A stretch of 64,000 nt of DNA from Candidatus Collierbacteria bacterium. Lineage in GTDB: Bacteria; Patescibacteriota; Microgenomatia; UBA1400; MFAQ01. The stretch lies in the NCBI GenBank assembly GCA_903884375.1, contig CAISER010000041.1, positions 9,164-73,163 on the forward strand. The letters run 5' to 3'. Every line of letters starts with the position of its first letter. Positions within the stretch are counted from its first letter, which is position 1. The notes below the pieces were generated by a model that ran no database searches, was not told where the DNA came from, and saw nothing but the letters and a program-made list of their open reading frames with translations. The translations under genes were made by a program, and so were the position numbers. This document shows positions 50,089 to 60,625 of the stretch, in pieces.

Positions 50089-51161
50089 TGGAAAAAAACG
50101 AAAATATAATTCAAAGTCTATTAATGTTGGCGGCAGAAAAAAACGCTTCGGACCTGCATTTGATGGCTGATTCATATCCGATTTATAGAATAATGGGTAA
50201 ATTAGTTTTTTATGAACCAGCGGGGTTAATGAATCCAACAGCTTTGTTGGGTTATATCGGTGGTTTGATGAATCCCACACAAAGAGAGAGTTTTATGCGA
50301 GATATGGAACTGGATTTTTCGGTTACTGTGGGTGGTAAATATCGTTTTAGAGCCAATGCCTATTACCAAAAGGGTTCGGCAGCTATTTCTTTGCGTTTTA
50401 TCCCCGATAAAATTCCAGGAATTGATGCTTTGAGGTTACCCGGTATCTGTCATGCATTTGCCAAATTAAAACAAGGGTTTGTGGTGGTGACCGGACCGAC
50501 CGGTTCAGGAAAATCAACAACAGTCGCGTCGGTATTGGATGAAATAAATGAGTCGAGAACAGAACACATTGTTTCAATTGAGGATCCGGTGGAGTTTATT
50601 CATGTAAACAAAAAATCGATTATTTCTCAGCGAGAGTTGGGAAGTGATACTCGCAGTTGGGATGCCGCCTTAAAGTCTGTATTACGTCAAGATCCGAATG
50701 TAGTGTATATCGGGGAGATGAGAGATGCAGAAACAATGTCTGCCGCAATGACTGTTGCCGAAACTGGTCACTTGGTTTTTGCAACACTACATACCAACTC
50801 AGCATCACAGACAATTGAGCGCATTGTTGACAGCTTCCCCGAAGACCAACAACCTCAGATTGTTTTACAGTTGTCAATGGTTTTGGAAGCAGTTTTATCA
50901 CAACGTTTAGTTCCAACTACGGATGGAAAACTGACAATAGCAACGGAAATATTAATCGCAACACCGGCTGTAAGAAATAATATTCGAGAAGGTAAATCAT
51001 TCCAGATTGATAACGTTATTCAAACAAGTGGCAATTTGGGTATGAGCTTGTTAGAGCAAAATTTGGCAGATTTGGTAAACAAAAAAGTGGTGGATAGAGC
51101 TGTCGCTTTAGAGTACGCAATTCGACCATCAGTATTAGACAAAATGATTGGTGGAAGATAA
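50088..51161 (+). CDS. pilT: type IV pilus retraction ATPase
   Basis: ASDLHL, RFRANAY, GPTGSGKSTT, AETGHLVFATLHTN, AVRNNIREGK. Confidence 0.95.
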   Translation: MEKNENIIQSLLMLAAEKNASDLHLMADSYPIYRIMGKLVFYEPAGLMNPTALLGYIGGLMNPTQRESFMRDMELDFSVTVGGKYRFRANAYYQKGSAAISLRFIPDKIPGIDALRLPGICHAFAKLKQGFVVVTGPTGSGKSTTVASVLDEINESRTEHIVSIEDPVEFIHVNKKSIISQRELGSDTRSWDAALKSVLRQDPNVVYIGEMRDAETMSAAMTVAETGHLVFATLHTNSASQTIERIVDSFPEDQQPQIVLQLSMVLEAVLSQRLVPTTDGKLTIATEILIATPAVRNNIREGKSFQIDNVIQTSGNLGMSLLEQNLADLVNKKVVDRAVALEYAIRPSVLDKMIGGR

Positions 51162-51164
51162 ATT

Positions 51165-52367
51165 ATGAAGTCGTTTAATTATAAAGTCCGTGACCAAAAA
51201 GGAATTGCTTCAAGTGGAGTAATGGAAGCAAATGACGAAAAACAAGTAGCCACAATTTTACGAAGTAAGGGAATGATTATTACTTCACTAAGTGAAACGG
51301 ATCAGCTAAATATTGATTCGTTTATTGGCAAATTTTCAAAACCAAAGCAAGATGAAATCACTAATTTCACCCGTCAGCTATCGACCATGGTTGGGGCTGG
51401 ACTACCCTTAATAAATGCTTTGAGAATATTAAAAATGCAATCAGGACAGTCTTTAAAATTAGTAATCGAAAAAGTATTGTCTGAGGTTGAAGGTGGTAGT
51501 ACCTTGGCAGAGGCCTTGGAAATTTCCGGTGGTGGTTTTTCTTCGGTGTATTTAGCAATGGTACGGGCTGGTGAATCTGCGGGGGTCTTGGATCAAGTCT
51601 TAAAAAAACTTGCTGATGCCTTGGACAAACAAAGAGAGTTTAAGAGTAAAACAAAAGGGGCTATGGTTTATCCGATGATTATTATTGTCGGTATTGTGGT
51701 GATTGCCACCATAATGATGGTATTTGTAGTACCGAAATTGACGGCGATGTATAAAGATTTTGGTGCAGAATTACCTCTACCTACAAAAATTTTGATGGGT
51801 GTTTCTAATTTTGTAGCTAAGTTTTGGTTTGTTGTGGCAGCGTTAATAGGATTGTTGTCGGTGTTAATCGGCAACTGGGCAAGGACCGAGGTCGGTTCTC
51901 TAGTGGTTGAACAGTTGTCGTTTAAAATACCTATTTGGGGAAAATTACGAAAAGATTTGATTATTACCGAGTTTTCGAGAACGGTGAGTGTGTTGTTGGG
52001 AGCCGGTATTCCAATTTTAGATACACTGCAAATTGTTTCGGAAACGATTGGAAGTAATGTTTATGGTGCAGAAATTCGTCAGGTGGCAACAATGGTAGAA
52101 AAAGGTGTTAGTTTGGCTGAGGCAATCCAACAGTTTGAAATATTTCCACCGATTTTAGGGCAGATGATTTCTGTAGGAGAAGAAACAGGAAAGTTGGATG
52201 AAGTATTGGCAAAATTGGCAACTTTTTATGAAGGTGAAAGCGAAATTAAGATAAAAGCATTAACCACAGCAATAGAACCATTGATTATGGTAGTTATGGG
52301 AATAGGAGTTGGATTTTTGGTGATAGCCGTAATTATGCCTATATATAACTTGACAAGCCAGTTTTAA
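51165..52367 (+). CDS. pilC: type IV pilus platform protein
   Basis: FTRQLSTMVGAGLP, AGESAG, MVYP, VGEETGKL, IEP. Confidence 0.93.
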   Translation: MKSFNYKVRDQKGIASSGVMEANDEKQVATILRSKGMIITSLSETDQLNIDSFIGKFSKPKQDEITNFTRQLSTMVGAGLPLINALRILKMQSGQSLKLVIEKVLSEVEGGSTLAEALEISGGGFSSVYLAMVRAGESAGVLDQVLKKLADALDKQREFKSKTKGAMVYPMIIIVGIVVIATIMMVFVVPKLTAMYKDFGAELPLPTKILMGVSNFVAKFWFVVAALIGLLSVLIGNWARTEVGSLVVEQLSFKIPIWGKLRKDLIITEFSRTVSVLLGAGIPILDTLQIVSETIGSNVYGAEIRQVATMVEKGVSLAEAIQQFEIFPPILGQMISVGEETGKLDEVLAKLATFYEGESEIKIKALTTAIEPLIMVVMGIGVGFLVIAVIMPIYNLTSQF

Positions 52368-52415
52368 TCATTCATAGTGATAGCAGTTGGGGTTATTATA
52401 AAAAAAATAATTAAA

Positions 52416-53000
52416 ATGAATAGACCAAATAAAGGTTTCACGCTGATGGAACTTTTGATTGTCATCGGTGTGTTGGGTATTTTGGCTGCCGGACTTTTGG
52501 CTGCTATTGACCCATTTGAGCAATTAAAGAAAGCCCGAGATACCAATAACAGAAGTGCTGCAATAGAATTTTTGCAGTCATCGCAACGTTATTATGCTAA
52601 TCATGGTTACTTGCCCTGGTACAAACAAACAGTTTCCGGAACGTATGACTGCGATACAGCATCAGACACTCTTACGACAATAACAACTTCAAGTCCCTGG
52701 CCAACGATATTGGTTAACAAACCTGGTTCTACTGGTCATGATGAGGTTATGAAAACTTGTGTCGATAATACATTATTATTGGATGGTGAAATAAAAGGTA
52801 CTTTTTTTGACGGTCTGTCGACAACTTTATACGTGACTTCTGGAAGTACAACGAGAGTTGGGGTTTGTTTCCCCCCTGAAAGTAAATCAAATAGATCTGA
52901 CGCACAAACAGCTTCAAATATCGCAACAGCTGGTGTTGTAACCGATGGGTGTACAACTGTTCAACGAGATGCCGGATTGTGTGTACAGTGTTTTCAATAA
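52416..53000 (+). CDS. type IV pilin (candidate major pilin)
   Basis: KG|FTLMELLIVI; followed by its own terminator. Confidence 0.9.
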   Translation: MNRPNKGFTLMELLIVIGVLGILAAGLLAAIDPFEQLKKARDTNNRSAAIEFLQSSQRYYANHGYLPWYKQTVSGTYDCDTASDTLTTITTSSPWPTILVNKPGSTGHDEVMKTCVDNTLLLDGEIKGTFFDGLSTTLYVTSGSTTRVGVCFPPESKSNRSDAQTASNIATAGVVTDGCTTVQRDAGLCVQCFQ

Positions 53001-53015
53001 GGCCTTGATATTAGG

Positions 53016-53046
53016 AAAAAGAGGGGTGTACCCCCCTCTTTTTTTT
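53016..53046 (+). terminator. intrinsic terminator
   Basis: A5-GAGGGG...CCCCTC-T tract. Confidence 0.85.
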
Positions 53047-53066
53047 GGCTCTTTGGAAAATAAAAG

Positions 53067-53900
53067 TTGATGTATCATTATCCTATGCTTTTGGTGATTA
53101 CATTTATTTTTGTCATGGGCTTAGTTTGGGGTTCATTTTTAAATGTGGTTATTTTTCGTATGTCACGTGGTTCTTCTCCCCTATCGGGTCGGTCAATTTG
53201 CCCAAAATGCAAACATCAACTAGCTTGGTTTTATAATATTCCTCTTTTGTCCTATATATGGCTTCGCGGAAGATGTGCATATTGTCACAAAAAGATATCA
53301 ATCCGTTATCCGTTGATAGAGGCATTGACGGGTATACTTTTTGTTTGGTGGTTTTTGGTTGGCTTTAATTTTTTTAGATTAGTCGGCTCTCCTTGGAGTT
53401 TTATTCAACCGATTTTTTGGTTGGCTGTGGGTATGGTATTACTTTCAATTTTTATGACGGATTTGCTTTATATGGTAATTCCTTTTAGTCTAAATTTATT
53501 GCTTTTTTCTTTAGCTTTATTTTATCGAGTTAGTTTAACCGGTTTTGGAATTATGAATCCGATGGATTTATTTAATGCTTTGTTTTCCGGCCTGGCTCTT
53601 TGTGCTTTATTTCTTTTTTTACAGATATTAACAAGAATTATTAAAAAAATTGACGGTTTTGGTTGGGGTGATATTTATCTAGCACCATCACTTGGACTAT
53701 TATTGGGTTGGCCAAAAATACTACCGGGAGTGTTTCTTTCCTTTGTTTTTGGAGCAGTGGCAGGAATTTTATTAATAGTAATTGGTAAGAAAAAAATTGG
53801 TCAATATATTCCATTTGGTCCTTTTTTAATTCTAGGCACTGTTGTGGCTTTAGTTTGGGGAGGAGATATCTGGAATTGGTATATAGGTTTTCTGGTTTGA
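53067..53900 (+). CDS. pilD: prepilin peptidase
   Basis: GSFLNVVI, RSICPKC, GRCAYC, GFGWGD, IPFGPFL. Confidence 0.95.
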   Translation: MMYHYPMLLVITFIFVMGLVWGSFLNVVIFRMSRGSSPLSGRSICPKCKHQLAWFYNIPLLSYIWLRGRCAYCHKKISIRYPLIEALTGILFVWWFLVGFNFFRLVGSPWSFIQPIFWLAVGMVLLSIFMTDLLYMVIPFSLNLLLFSLALFYRVSLTGFGIMNPMDLFNALFSGLALCALFLFLQILTRIIKKIDGFGWGDIYLAPSLGLLLGWPKILPGVFLSFVFGAVAGILLIVIGKKKIGQYIPFGPFLILGTVVALVWGGDIWNWYIGFLV

Positions 53901-53931
53901 CATTTATCTTTATTTCTAGCACAATGAAATT

Positions 53932-54465
53932 GTGAGAAGACACAATTCTGGATTTACTTTGGTTGAATTGATTTTAACTATGTCATTAATTGCAATTTTG
54001 TCGATTATCGGTATTGGTAGTTATACTCAGGCGACACTAAAATCACGTGATACCCAGAGAAAAAACGATTTAAATCAAATGGCTAAGGCAATTGAGTTGT
54101 TTAATAATGATTTGGGAAGATATCCTAATATTGATGACATTAGTGGAAAGATGCTTTGTCCGGGAGTCGATGGAATAGAAACCGAATGCAACTACTCTAT
54201 TTACGCATATAATAACCAAGAAGTGACCGCAAAAGCGGTATATATGGATAATATCCCCGTTGACCCAAGTTCAAATAGAGATTATGTTTATGTGGCAAAC
54301 GACCCAAGCGTCGGTAGTTTTGCCCTGTATGCGGCATTGGAAAATACAGAAGACAGAGATGTAGTAAGAGATGCAGATCAAACCGTGACTACTTGGGATG
54401 TATTGTGTGGCGAAGTTAAATGTAATTATAAATTGACCGAAACCGGATTAATAAGAACAAAATAA
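53932..54465 (+). CDS. type IV pilin (GspG-like)
   Basis: G|FTLVEL, SRDTQRKNDL, DP. Confidence 0.9.
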   Translation: MRRHNSGFTLVELILTMSLIAILSIIGIGSYTQATLKSRDTQRKNDLNQMAKAIELFNNDLGRYPNIDDISGKMLCPGVDGIETECNYSIYAYNNQEVTAKAVYMDNIPVDPSSNRDYVYVANDPSVGSFALYAALENTEDRDVVRDADQTVTTWDVLCGEVKCNYKLTETGLIRTK

Positions 54466-54467
54466 TT

Positions 54468-54905
54468 ATGAAACAAAAAGGTTTTACTCTCATTGAACTA
54501 TTAGTTTCTATGGGAATTATCGCAGTACTTTCAGGAATGGCAGTATTTAATTTTAATCAAGCTAGAATGAGAGCCAGGGACGTGCAAAGAAAAAGCGATT
54601 TGAGTCAGTTGCAGAAAGCCTTAGAGCTTTACAAAAATGATAATGTCGGGAAGTATCCTGAAGTAGCAGATTTTCAGGCAACATTAATTAGTGGCGAGTA
54701 CTCAAAAATTGTGTTTAATGACCCAAAAGAATCAACGGGAGCAACCTGGCCAAGCTATGTGTATACCAGACCTACAAATACCACATATTCAATTACCGCT
54801 TGTTTGGAAAATAAATCGGATACTACCAGGCAACTTGTTGACGGTATTTCAGTTCCTTGTGGTTCATCAAACGAGGGAGTAATTTATCAAATTACACAAC
54901 CATAA
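54468..54905 (+). CDS. type IV pilin (GspG-like)
   Basis: G|FTLIEL, ARDVQRKSDL, ALELY. Confidence 0.9.
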   Translation: MKQKGFTLIELLVSMGIIAVLSGMAVFNFNQARMRARDVQRKSDLSQLQKALELYKNDNVGKYPEVADFQATLISGEYSKIVFNDPKESTGATWPSYVYTRPTNTTYSITACLENKSDTTRQLVDGISVPCGSSNEGVIYQITQP

Positions 54906-55310
54906 ATGAAAAAGAACAATGATGGCTTCACTTTACTTGAACTTTTGGTGGTAATTGGCATAATCGGTATTCTGGTGGCTCTTGGAACAGTGGCCTACTC
55001 TACTACTCAAAAAAGCGGCAGAGACTCCAGAAGAAAACAGGACATGGTAGCAATACAAAGTGCTATGGAACAATATTATTCCGAAAATACTTTTTCTTAT
55101 CCAATTTCGTGTAGAGATGCTTCTTCTTATTTAAAAAGTGGTTGGCCTGTAGATCCGGATAATTCTGGGTTATATATTTACAGTGAAAGTTGCACAGAAA
55201 CTTCTTATTGTATTTGTGCTCTAATGGAAAAGAATACTTCCGGTAATTCCGGTACAAACTGTACCTGGAATGGTGGAAAGACTCATTATTGTGTAGGGAA
55301 TTTACAATGA
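54906..55310 (+). CDS. type IV pilin (GspG-like)
   Basis: G|FTLLEL, GRDSRRKQD. Confidence 0.9.
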   Translation: MKKNNDGFTLLELLVVIGIIGILVALGTVAYSTTQKSGRDSRRKQDMVAIQSAMEQYYSENTFSYPISCRDASSYLKSGWPVDPDNSGLYIYSESCTETSYCICALMEKNTSGNSGTNCTWNGGKTHYCVGNLQ

Positions 55311-55678
55311 AAAATAACGCCTTTACTTTATTGGAGTTGTTGGTGGTGATTGGAATTATCGGTGTTGTGATGGCTGTTGGTGTTGTTTCATATACAACAA
55401 TCAGTAAAAATAGCCGAAATGCCAGAAGAAATGCCGATTTAGAAGCTATCCGTCAAGCATTGGAGATGTGTAGATCGGTTGATGGCGAATATCCCGTTAG
55501 TATATATGAGACAGTTACTTGTCCAAATTCAACTAGCGTAATAACATTAAAATCAACACCAAAAGATCCAAAACCTTGTGTATCTGGCGAACGATACAAT
55601 TATGTTGTTAATGGAAACGGATATGAGTTGACGGCAAATTGCTATGAGGGGGGTGCTCTCACAGTAACAAATCCATGA
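55307..55678 (+). CDS. type IV pilin (GspG-like)
   Basis: A|FTLLEL, SRNARRNADL. Confidence 0.9.
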   Translation: MKNNAFTLLELLVVIGIIGVVMAVGVVSYTTISKNSRNARRNADLEAIRQALEMCRSVDGEYPVSIYETVTCPNSTSVITLKSTPKDPKPCVSGERYNYVVNGNGYELTANCYEGGALTVTNP

Positions 55679-56163
55679 TAGACATGAATAACAAAGCCTT
55701 TACCTTGATAGAATTGATTGTAGCAATTTCGATTATTGCTATATTGTCGGGAATGTCGTTGGTTAGTTATACCCAGTTTAATATACGTCAATCTGCACAA
55801 AATGATGGTCGGGGGTTTGAAACTGAATTACGTAAAGTACAAGCAATGGCTAAAAATTTAGTATATCCAGAAAATAATGGAACAAGATGTGAAAGTTTAT
55901 CAAAATATATTATTAAATCTGATGAAAGTGGAATTTCTTGTAATGAATGCCAGTTTATATCCGCAAGTGCAATCTGTGGTAATGGAGAATTTGTTGTGTT
56001 AAGCCATGACAAAGTATTTACAAAAGCTTTTTTTTCGGGCGATCTAAACATTGATATTGAACCGGGAACGGGTATTTTCACAGTAAATTATGTTTTTCCG
56101 ATAAATAATATTAATGATATGGTTTTAAAAACTGATGAAAATGGAAATATTAATGTCCAATAA
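55675..56163 (+). CDS. minor pilin (FimT/FimU-like position)
   Basis: A|FTLIEL. Confidence 0.85.
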   Translation: MIDMNNKAFTLIELIVAISIIAILSGMSLVSYTQFNIRQSAQNDGRGFETELRKVQAMAKNLVYPENNGTRCESLSKYIIKSDESGISCNECQFISASAICGNGEFVVLSHDKVFTKAFFSGDLNIDIEPGTGIFTVNYVFPINNINDMVLKTDENGNINVQ

Positions 56164-56174
56164 ATTTATTAATA

Positions 56175-56582
56175 ATGATAAATAGTAACAAAGGACAATC
56201 ATTAATTGAAATAGTGGTGGCTGTCGGTATTATTGCCCTTGTTTTAGTGGGAGTTTCTGATTTGATTACGAGGTCACTAAGTTTGGCTAGTTATCAAACT
56301 AAAAAAAATCAGGCAATTAATATTGCTCAAGATCAGCTTAATCATTTCCGAAAATTTAAAGATCAAGAACCACTAATTTTTTTTGAAAAGCCAAGCGATT
56401 ATAATGTTTGTGAACCAGGTTTCGATACAACAAAATACACCTGCGCCATTACTTATAGCAATGAAGTATATGAGGGTGGTGTTATCGTGGGAATTGATAT
56501 GAAGGTTAGTGTTGGTTGGATTGATGGAAACAATAATATTATGACGGAGTTATCACAAACACTGGCAAAACCAAGAAAATGA
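56175..56582 (+). CDS. minor pilin (PilV-like)
   Basis: G|QSLIEI, V-x-V-x-W near the C-terminus. Confidence 0.8.
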   Translation: MINSNKGQSLIEIVVAVGIIALVLVGVSDLITRSLSLASYQTKKNQAINIAQDQLNHFRKFKDQEPLIFFEKPSDYNVCEPGFDTTKYTCAITYSNEVYEGGVIVGIDMKVSVGWIDGNNNIMTELSQTLAKPRK

Positions 56583-57100
56583 AAATTAGGCAAAAAGGTT
56601 ATACCTTAATTGAACTAATAATGGCCGTGTCGTTGCTAATAATAGTTATGGTTGGTGGAACGGCAATATTTTATCGGAGTTTCCGATCAAGTGGTGTTAG
56701 TGATATCCAGTCAACATTAAGCTCAGGATTGCGTTCGATTGACGAAATGATTGAGTGGAGTTTGCGTTATGGAGAAGTTGTACGAATTGATGATAATTGG
56801 AGAACAAATTGTTTAGCCAGTGGTGATGAAGGAGTGACAGGTAATACTTTGGTTGTGCGGAATTCTACAGGTGGTAATGTAACTTATTCTCTTAATAATG
56901 GAAGAATAGCTTCAGATTCGGCGGTAATCAGCAACGCAAACCTGATGATAAACAAGTTAGAATTTAGTTGGTTTTGTAGATCCGGAGTAAATGATAAGAT
57001 TAATCTATACATTGAAGCCTCACCATTAACTGAATCTGGAGAAGTAACAAAAAGTATTTTTAACAAAGATATTAATTTATTAAATAGCGGTATTAATTAA
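56579..57100 (+). CDS. minor pilin (PilW-like)
   Basis: G|YTLIEL. Confidence 0.8.
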   Translation: MKIRQKGYTLIELIMAVSLLIIVMVGGTAIFYRSFRSSGVSDIQSTLSSGLRSIDEMIEWSLRYGEVVRIDDNWRTNCLASGDEGVTGNTLVVRNSTGGNVTYSLNNGRIASDSAVISNANLMINKLEFSWFCRSGVNDKINLYIEASPLTESGEVTKSIFNKDINLLNSGIN

Positions 57101-57852
57101 TGAATAAAATTAATAATAGAGAAGATAAGGGGCAAGTAGCTTTGATACTGGTATTGATAACTACTGTCGTAAGTGCGTTGGCAGTATCTTTAGCCTCTCG
57201 TTCAACTGTGGACACAAAAATTCAACAAACGGAGGCTGAAGGAGTTCAAGCTTTGCTTTTTGCTCAGTCAGGTCTGGAACAATTAATATTAAATCCTAAC
57301 GAATCAGCAGTCCAAGATACTAATTACTCAGCGACAAAATCCGATTCTGGAATTGATAGTCTGGAAACCGGATTAATGGAAACAGGTAGTTCTGTTGAGT
57401 TGACTCTAGGCACGGTAAATTCTTTATCGAGTTTTTCTGTCTATTGGGGACCGGATGACGGCAATCCTTCCGGTAAACCGGCAATTTTCATTTCTTTGAT
57501 TGAAAAAACTGGGAAAATTTCCGACAAGGCATTTGATTATGATAATTTAAATAATTTTACGGCCGGGAAAGTGGTGAGTGGTGTTTATCCTCGATGGACG
57601 GACACAATAGGACTTAATAGTAATGTGTCAAAGATTAGGATTACTGTATTGGGATCATCGGCATTGTTAAAAGTTATTCCAGCTGAAGGGGAGGCTTTTC
57701 CTTCTCAGTTAAAGTCGATAAAATCAATCGGGTCAGTTTCATCAGATAATAATATTGTGAAATACGGACTACAATATGACGAATCAGCCTTTGATACGGT
57801 TCCTTCGGTGTTTGATTACGCTTTGTTTTCTGGAGGCCAAATCGTACAATAA
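57100..57852 (+). CDS. minor pilin (PilX-like)
   Basis: G|QVALIL lacking E5; AQSGLE. Confidence 0.75.
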   Translation: MNKINNREDKGQVALILVLITTVVSALAVSLASRSTVDTKIQQTEAEGVQALLFAQSGLEQLILNPNESAVQDTNYSATKSDSGIDSLETGLMETGSSVELTLGTVNSLSSFSVYWGPDDGNPSGKPAIFISLIEKTGKISDKAFDYDNLNNFTAGKVVSGVYPRWTDTIGLNSNVSKIRITVLGSSALLKVIPAEGEAFPSQLKSIKSIGSVSSDNNIVKYGLQYDESAFDTVPSVFDYALFSGGQIVQ

Positions 57853-57895
57853 TTAATTGATTTGAATCTTGTATTTAAGGTATACTGAGTGTAGT

Positions 57896-58909
57896 ATGTC
57901 TGCCCATTTTGGATTAGATATTGGTTCAACTAGTGTCAAAATTGTAAAAACCGAAGGGAACAAGGTTTTGGTAATAGGTGTTGGTGTAAATAGTTCAGGA
58001 AAAACATTAATGGCTATGAATAACGCCGAAAAAATAGCTCTTGCTGATGAAATTAAAGGGTTGATAAAGAGTGTTGGTCTTCGAGAAAAACAAGTTGTTG
58101 CCTCAATTTCCGAATCACTTGTATATTCTCGGGTTATGCAACTACCAATTATGTCTACTCCCGAACTAGCAACGGCTATTAAATGGGAATTAGACCAATC
58201 AGTCCCCTTTCCTCCGAATGAGGTTGAGACTTCGTGGGCAGTTTTGGATAAACCGGATAAAATTAAAGGTGATGAAAAAATTTCGGTATATGTTGTAGCA
58301 GTACCAACTGCTGTATCTGATGCATACGCTCAGTTATTGGAGTTGTTGGAGTTAACGCCTTTAAGATTGGAAAACGAAATTCCTGCTTTAATGAGAGCAT
58401 TTTCCGATAACTTAAGCGATGATAATCCTTCGATTTTGGTTAATATTGGAGCTGGTGGCACGGAATTAATTTTGGCAGGAAAAGAAAAAATATACGGAAA
58501 TTATTTTTTACCCTTTGGAGGAACAGTGATGACAAAGCTTGTTGCAGATGCATTTGGCTTACCAATTATTCAAGCCGAAAGTTATAAAAGAACCTATGGT
58601 ATGGTTAAAGACCAGCTCGAAGGTAAAATGTTTAATGTATTAAAGCCGATGGTGGATAATTTAATTGGTGAATTAAAAAAATTAATTGTTGGCTATCAAA
58701 ATGAGCACGATAAATCAACGGTAAACAAAATTATTTTAACCGGTGGAGGTGCTTATCTATTAGGGTTAATTCCTTATCTTTCCGAATCTCTTTCTGGAGT
58801 TGAGATTGTTATGGGTGATTGCTTTTCAGGAAAAAGCGTCGATCAAAAATATGCTTCTCTTGGCCCTGTTTTTGCTACGGCCATGGGATTATCAACCGAG
58901 ATTCAATGA
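57896..58909 (+). CDS. pilM: type IV pilus assembly protein PilM
   Basis: GLDIGSTSVK, VNIGA, GG, ILTGGGA, ATAMGL. Confidence 0.92.
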   Translation: MSAHFGLDIGSTSVKIVKTEGNKVLVIGVGVNSSGKTLMAMNNAEKIALADEIKGLIKSVGLREKQVVASISESLVYSRVMQLPIMSTPELATAIKWELDQSVPFPPNEVETSWAVLDKPDKIKGDEKISVYVVAVPTAVSDAYAQLLELLELTPLRLENEIPALMRAFSDNLSDDNPSILVNIGAGGTELILAGKEKIYGNYFLPFGGTVMTKLVADAFGLPIIQAESYKRTYGMVKDQLEGKMFNVLKPMVDNLIGELKKLIVGYQNEHDKSTVNKIILTGGGAYLLGLIPYLSESLSGVEIVMGDCFSGKSVDQKYASLGPVFATAMGLSTEIQ

Positions 58910-59460
58910 TTAAGGTCAATTTAATTAGTCGGAAAAGAAAAGCAAGTACAGGTAAAAACTGGACGAAGATTGTGACCTTGTCCTTGTTCGGTTTATTTTT
59001 ATTTTATTTTATCGGAATTACTTTTTATGTTGTAATTTCCATGTCAGTACTAAGCAATAAAATTAAAGATCTTGATAAAGAATCTTTGGATATATCGAAT
59101 ACGATGTTAAAAAATAATGAAAAATTAAGCCGATTTGTATTGACGAAGTTAATTTTGGGACAGATACAAAATATTAATAAAACTAGATTCCAATATAAGG
59201 ATTATCTTGACCAAATCTCGATATTACTTCCTCCAAAAGCATTTTTAACGAGCGTTGATTTTAAGATAAAGGGCTGGATATCTTTGTCAATTAACGCTAA
59301 CGATATCTATACTTTTCAGTCTTTAGAAAGAGTATTGCTAAATAAAGACACTTGGAGTAATAGTAATTCTTTTTCAGGTGCATACATTGAAGGAGTGGCA
59401 AAGGAAAAAAATGGATCGTATACAACAAGATTACAACTAGAATTAAAAGGAAATGGCTGA
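58906..59460 (+). CDS. pilN: PilN-like alignment protein
   Basis: VNL motif, TM segment, coiled coil; follows pilM. Confidence 0.75.
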   Translation: MIKVNLISRKRKASTGKNWTKIVTLSLFGLFLFYFIGITFYVVISMSVLSNKIKDLDKESLDISNTMLKNNEKLSRFVLTKLILGQIQNINKTRFQYKDYLDQISILLPPKAFLTSVDFKIKGWISLSINANDIYTFQSLERVLLNKDTWSNSNSFSGAYIEGVAKEKNGSYTTRLQLELKGNG

Positions 59461-60256
59461 TAACAAGATATTTGGATATAAAAGAATATTCGGGTTTGTG
59501 TTACCAGATTGGGTTGACGAAGGATTGATTCGGACTATAGTTACCTTTTTGCTGTCGACGGTGGTAATGCTTTTTGTTTTGATATTCGTGATTTGGCCAA
59601 AATTCGCAACGATTGCTGATATTAAAAGAAACTTGACGGAAAAACAAACTCAACTGGACTCTTTAAAGAGCTCTAAAGCGGGTTTTGATAAGCTTAATGA
59701 AGATATCCCTGAAGCAACACAAAATTTGATTCTACAGTCAATTCCCCAGACATATTCACCTGAAAATGCTATCTTTATGCTAAGAAATCTAAGTAATGAA
59801 ACTGGAGTATCGATTGTTTCGTATACACTTCCTTCTGGAGTTTTATTTGATTCTGAAAAACCGACTTTGAGTAAATCTGGGGATAAAGATAATATGGTTA
59901 ACTTTATTAACTATCCGATTAAGTTATCGGTATTGGCTCCGGTGGATTCCCTTCTTTCATTTATAAAAAGGGTTGAGTCTTCACTTCCTTTTGGGGTAGT
60001 TTCCGATTTAGGAATGCAGGAGGTAAGCAAACTATCAAAATCAACTTCAACAGATAAATCTGTAAAAATGGAATTGGAAATTAAATATTTTCAAACAGTC
60101 TTAAAACAAGTTGATATTTCAAAAATAACTCAATTTACCAATCAGGAAATGAAATTGGTCGATGAGATCGCTGGATTCTCTCAATTTACTCAAGGAAGCG
60201 ACAGCGCGGGTACGGCTACTATTATTAATAATTCAGGCAATCTGTTTGGTTTTTAA
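59453..60256 (+). CDS. pilO: PilO-like alignment protein
   Basis: TM segment, coiled coil, ferredoxin-like C-terminal part; follows pilN. Confidence 0.7.
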   Translation: MADNKIFGYKRIFGFVLPDWVDEGLIRTIVTFLLSTVVMLFVLIFVIWPKFATIADIKRNLTEKQTQLDSLKSSKAGFDKLNEDIPEATQNLILQSIPQTYSPENAIFMLRNLSNETGVSIVSYTLPSGVLFDSEKPTLSKSGDKDNMVNFINYPIKLSVLAPVDSLLSFIKRVESSLPFGVVSDLGMQEVSKLSKSTSTDKSVKMELEIKYFQTVLKQVDISKITQFTNQEMKLVDEIAGFSQFTQGSDSAGTATIINNSGNLFGF

Positions 60257-60624
60257 TCGTCAATCTTTTCCTCTTTTTTTTCTTCGATGGCGTTGGCAAC
60301 TTCTTCAATAGCCTCTTCTTTTTCTTCAACGAGGTCAGCTGGAGACTCTTTGTCAAATTCAGTATCAATGAGTTGTTTTGGCGAATCGTCTTCTTGGAGA
60401 TCAACAATAGCGCGAGTACCTTTTTGAATGGCAGCGATTCGGACTATTTGACGGATAGATTTGATTACCTTTCCTTCTTTTCCGATAACTCTACCAACAT
60501 CTTCGGGATCTACCTTAATTAAATATTTGATAGCTTGTTTATCTTCTGTTTGATCTTCGGTGATAATGACACTTTCCGGGTGATTAACGATGTTGCTGAC
60601 GATGTACTCGATAAGTTGTTTCAT
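60253..60624 (-). CDS. khpA: KH-domain RNA-binding protein with acidic tail
   Basis: DVGRVIGKEGKVIKSIR; downstream of rpsP. Confidence 0.9.
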   Translation of the reverse strand: MKQLIEYIVSNIVNHPESVIITEDQTEDKQAIKYLIKVDPEDVGRVIGKEGKVIKSIRQIVRIAAIQKGTRAIVDLQEDDSPKQLIDTEFDKESPADLVEEKEEAIEEVANAIEEKKEEKIDD

Positions 60625-60625
60625 T

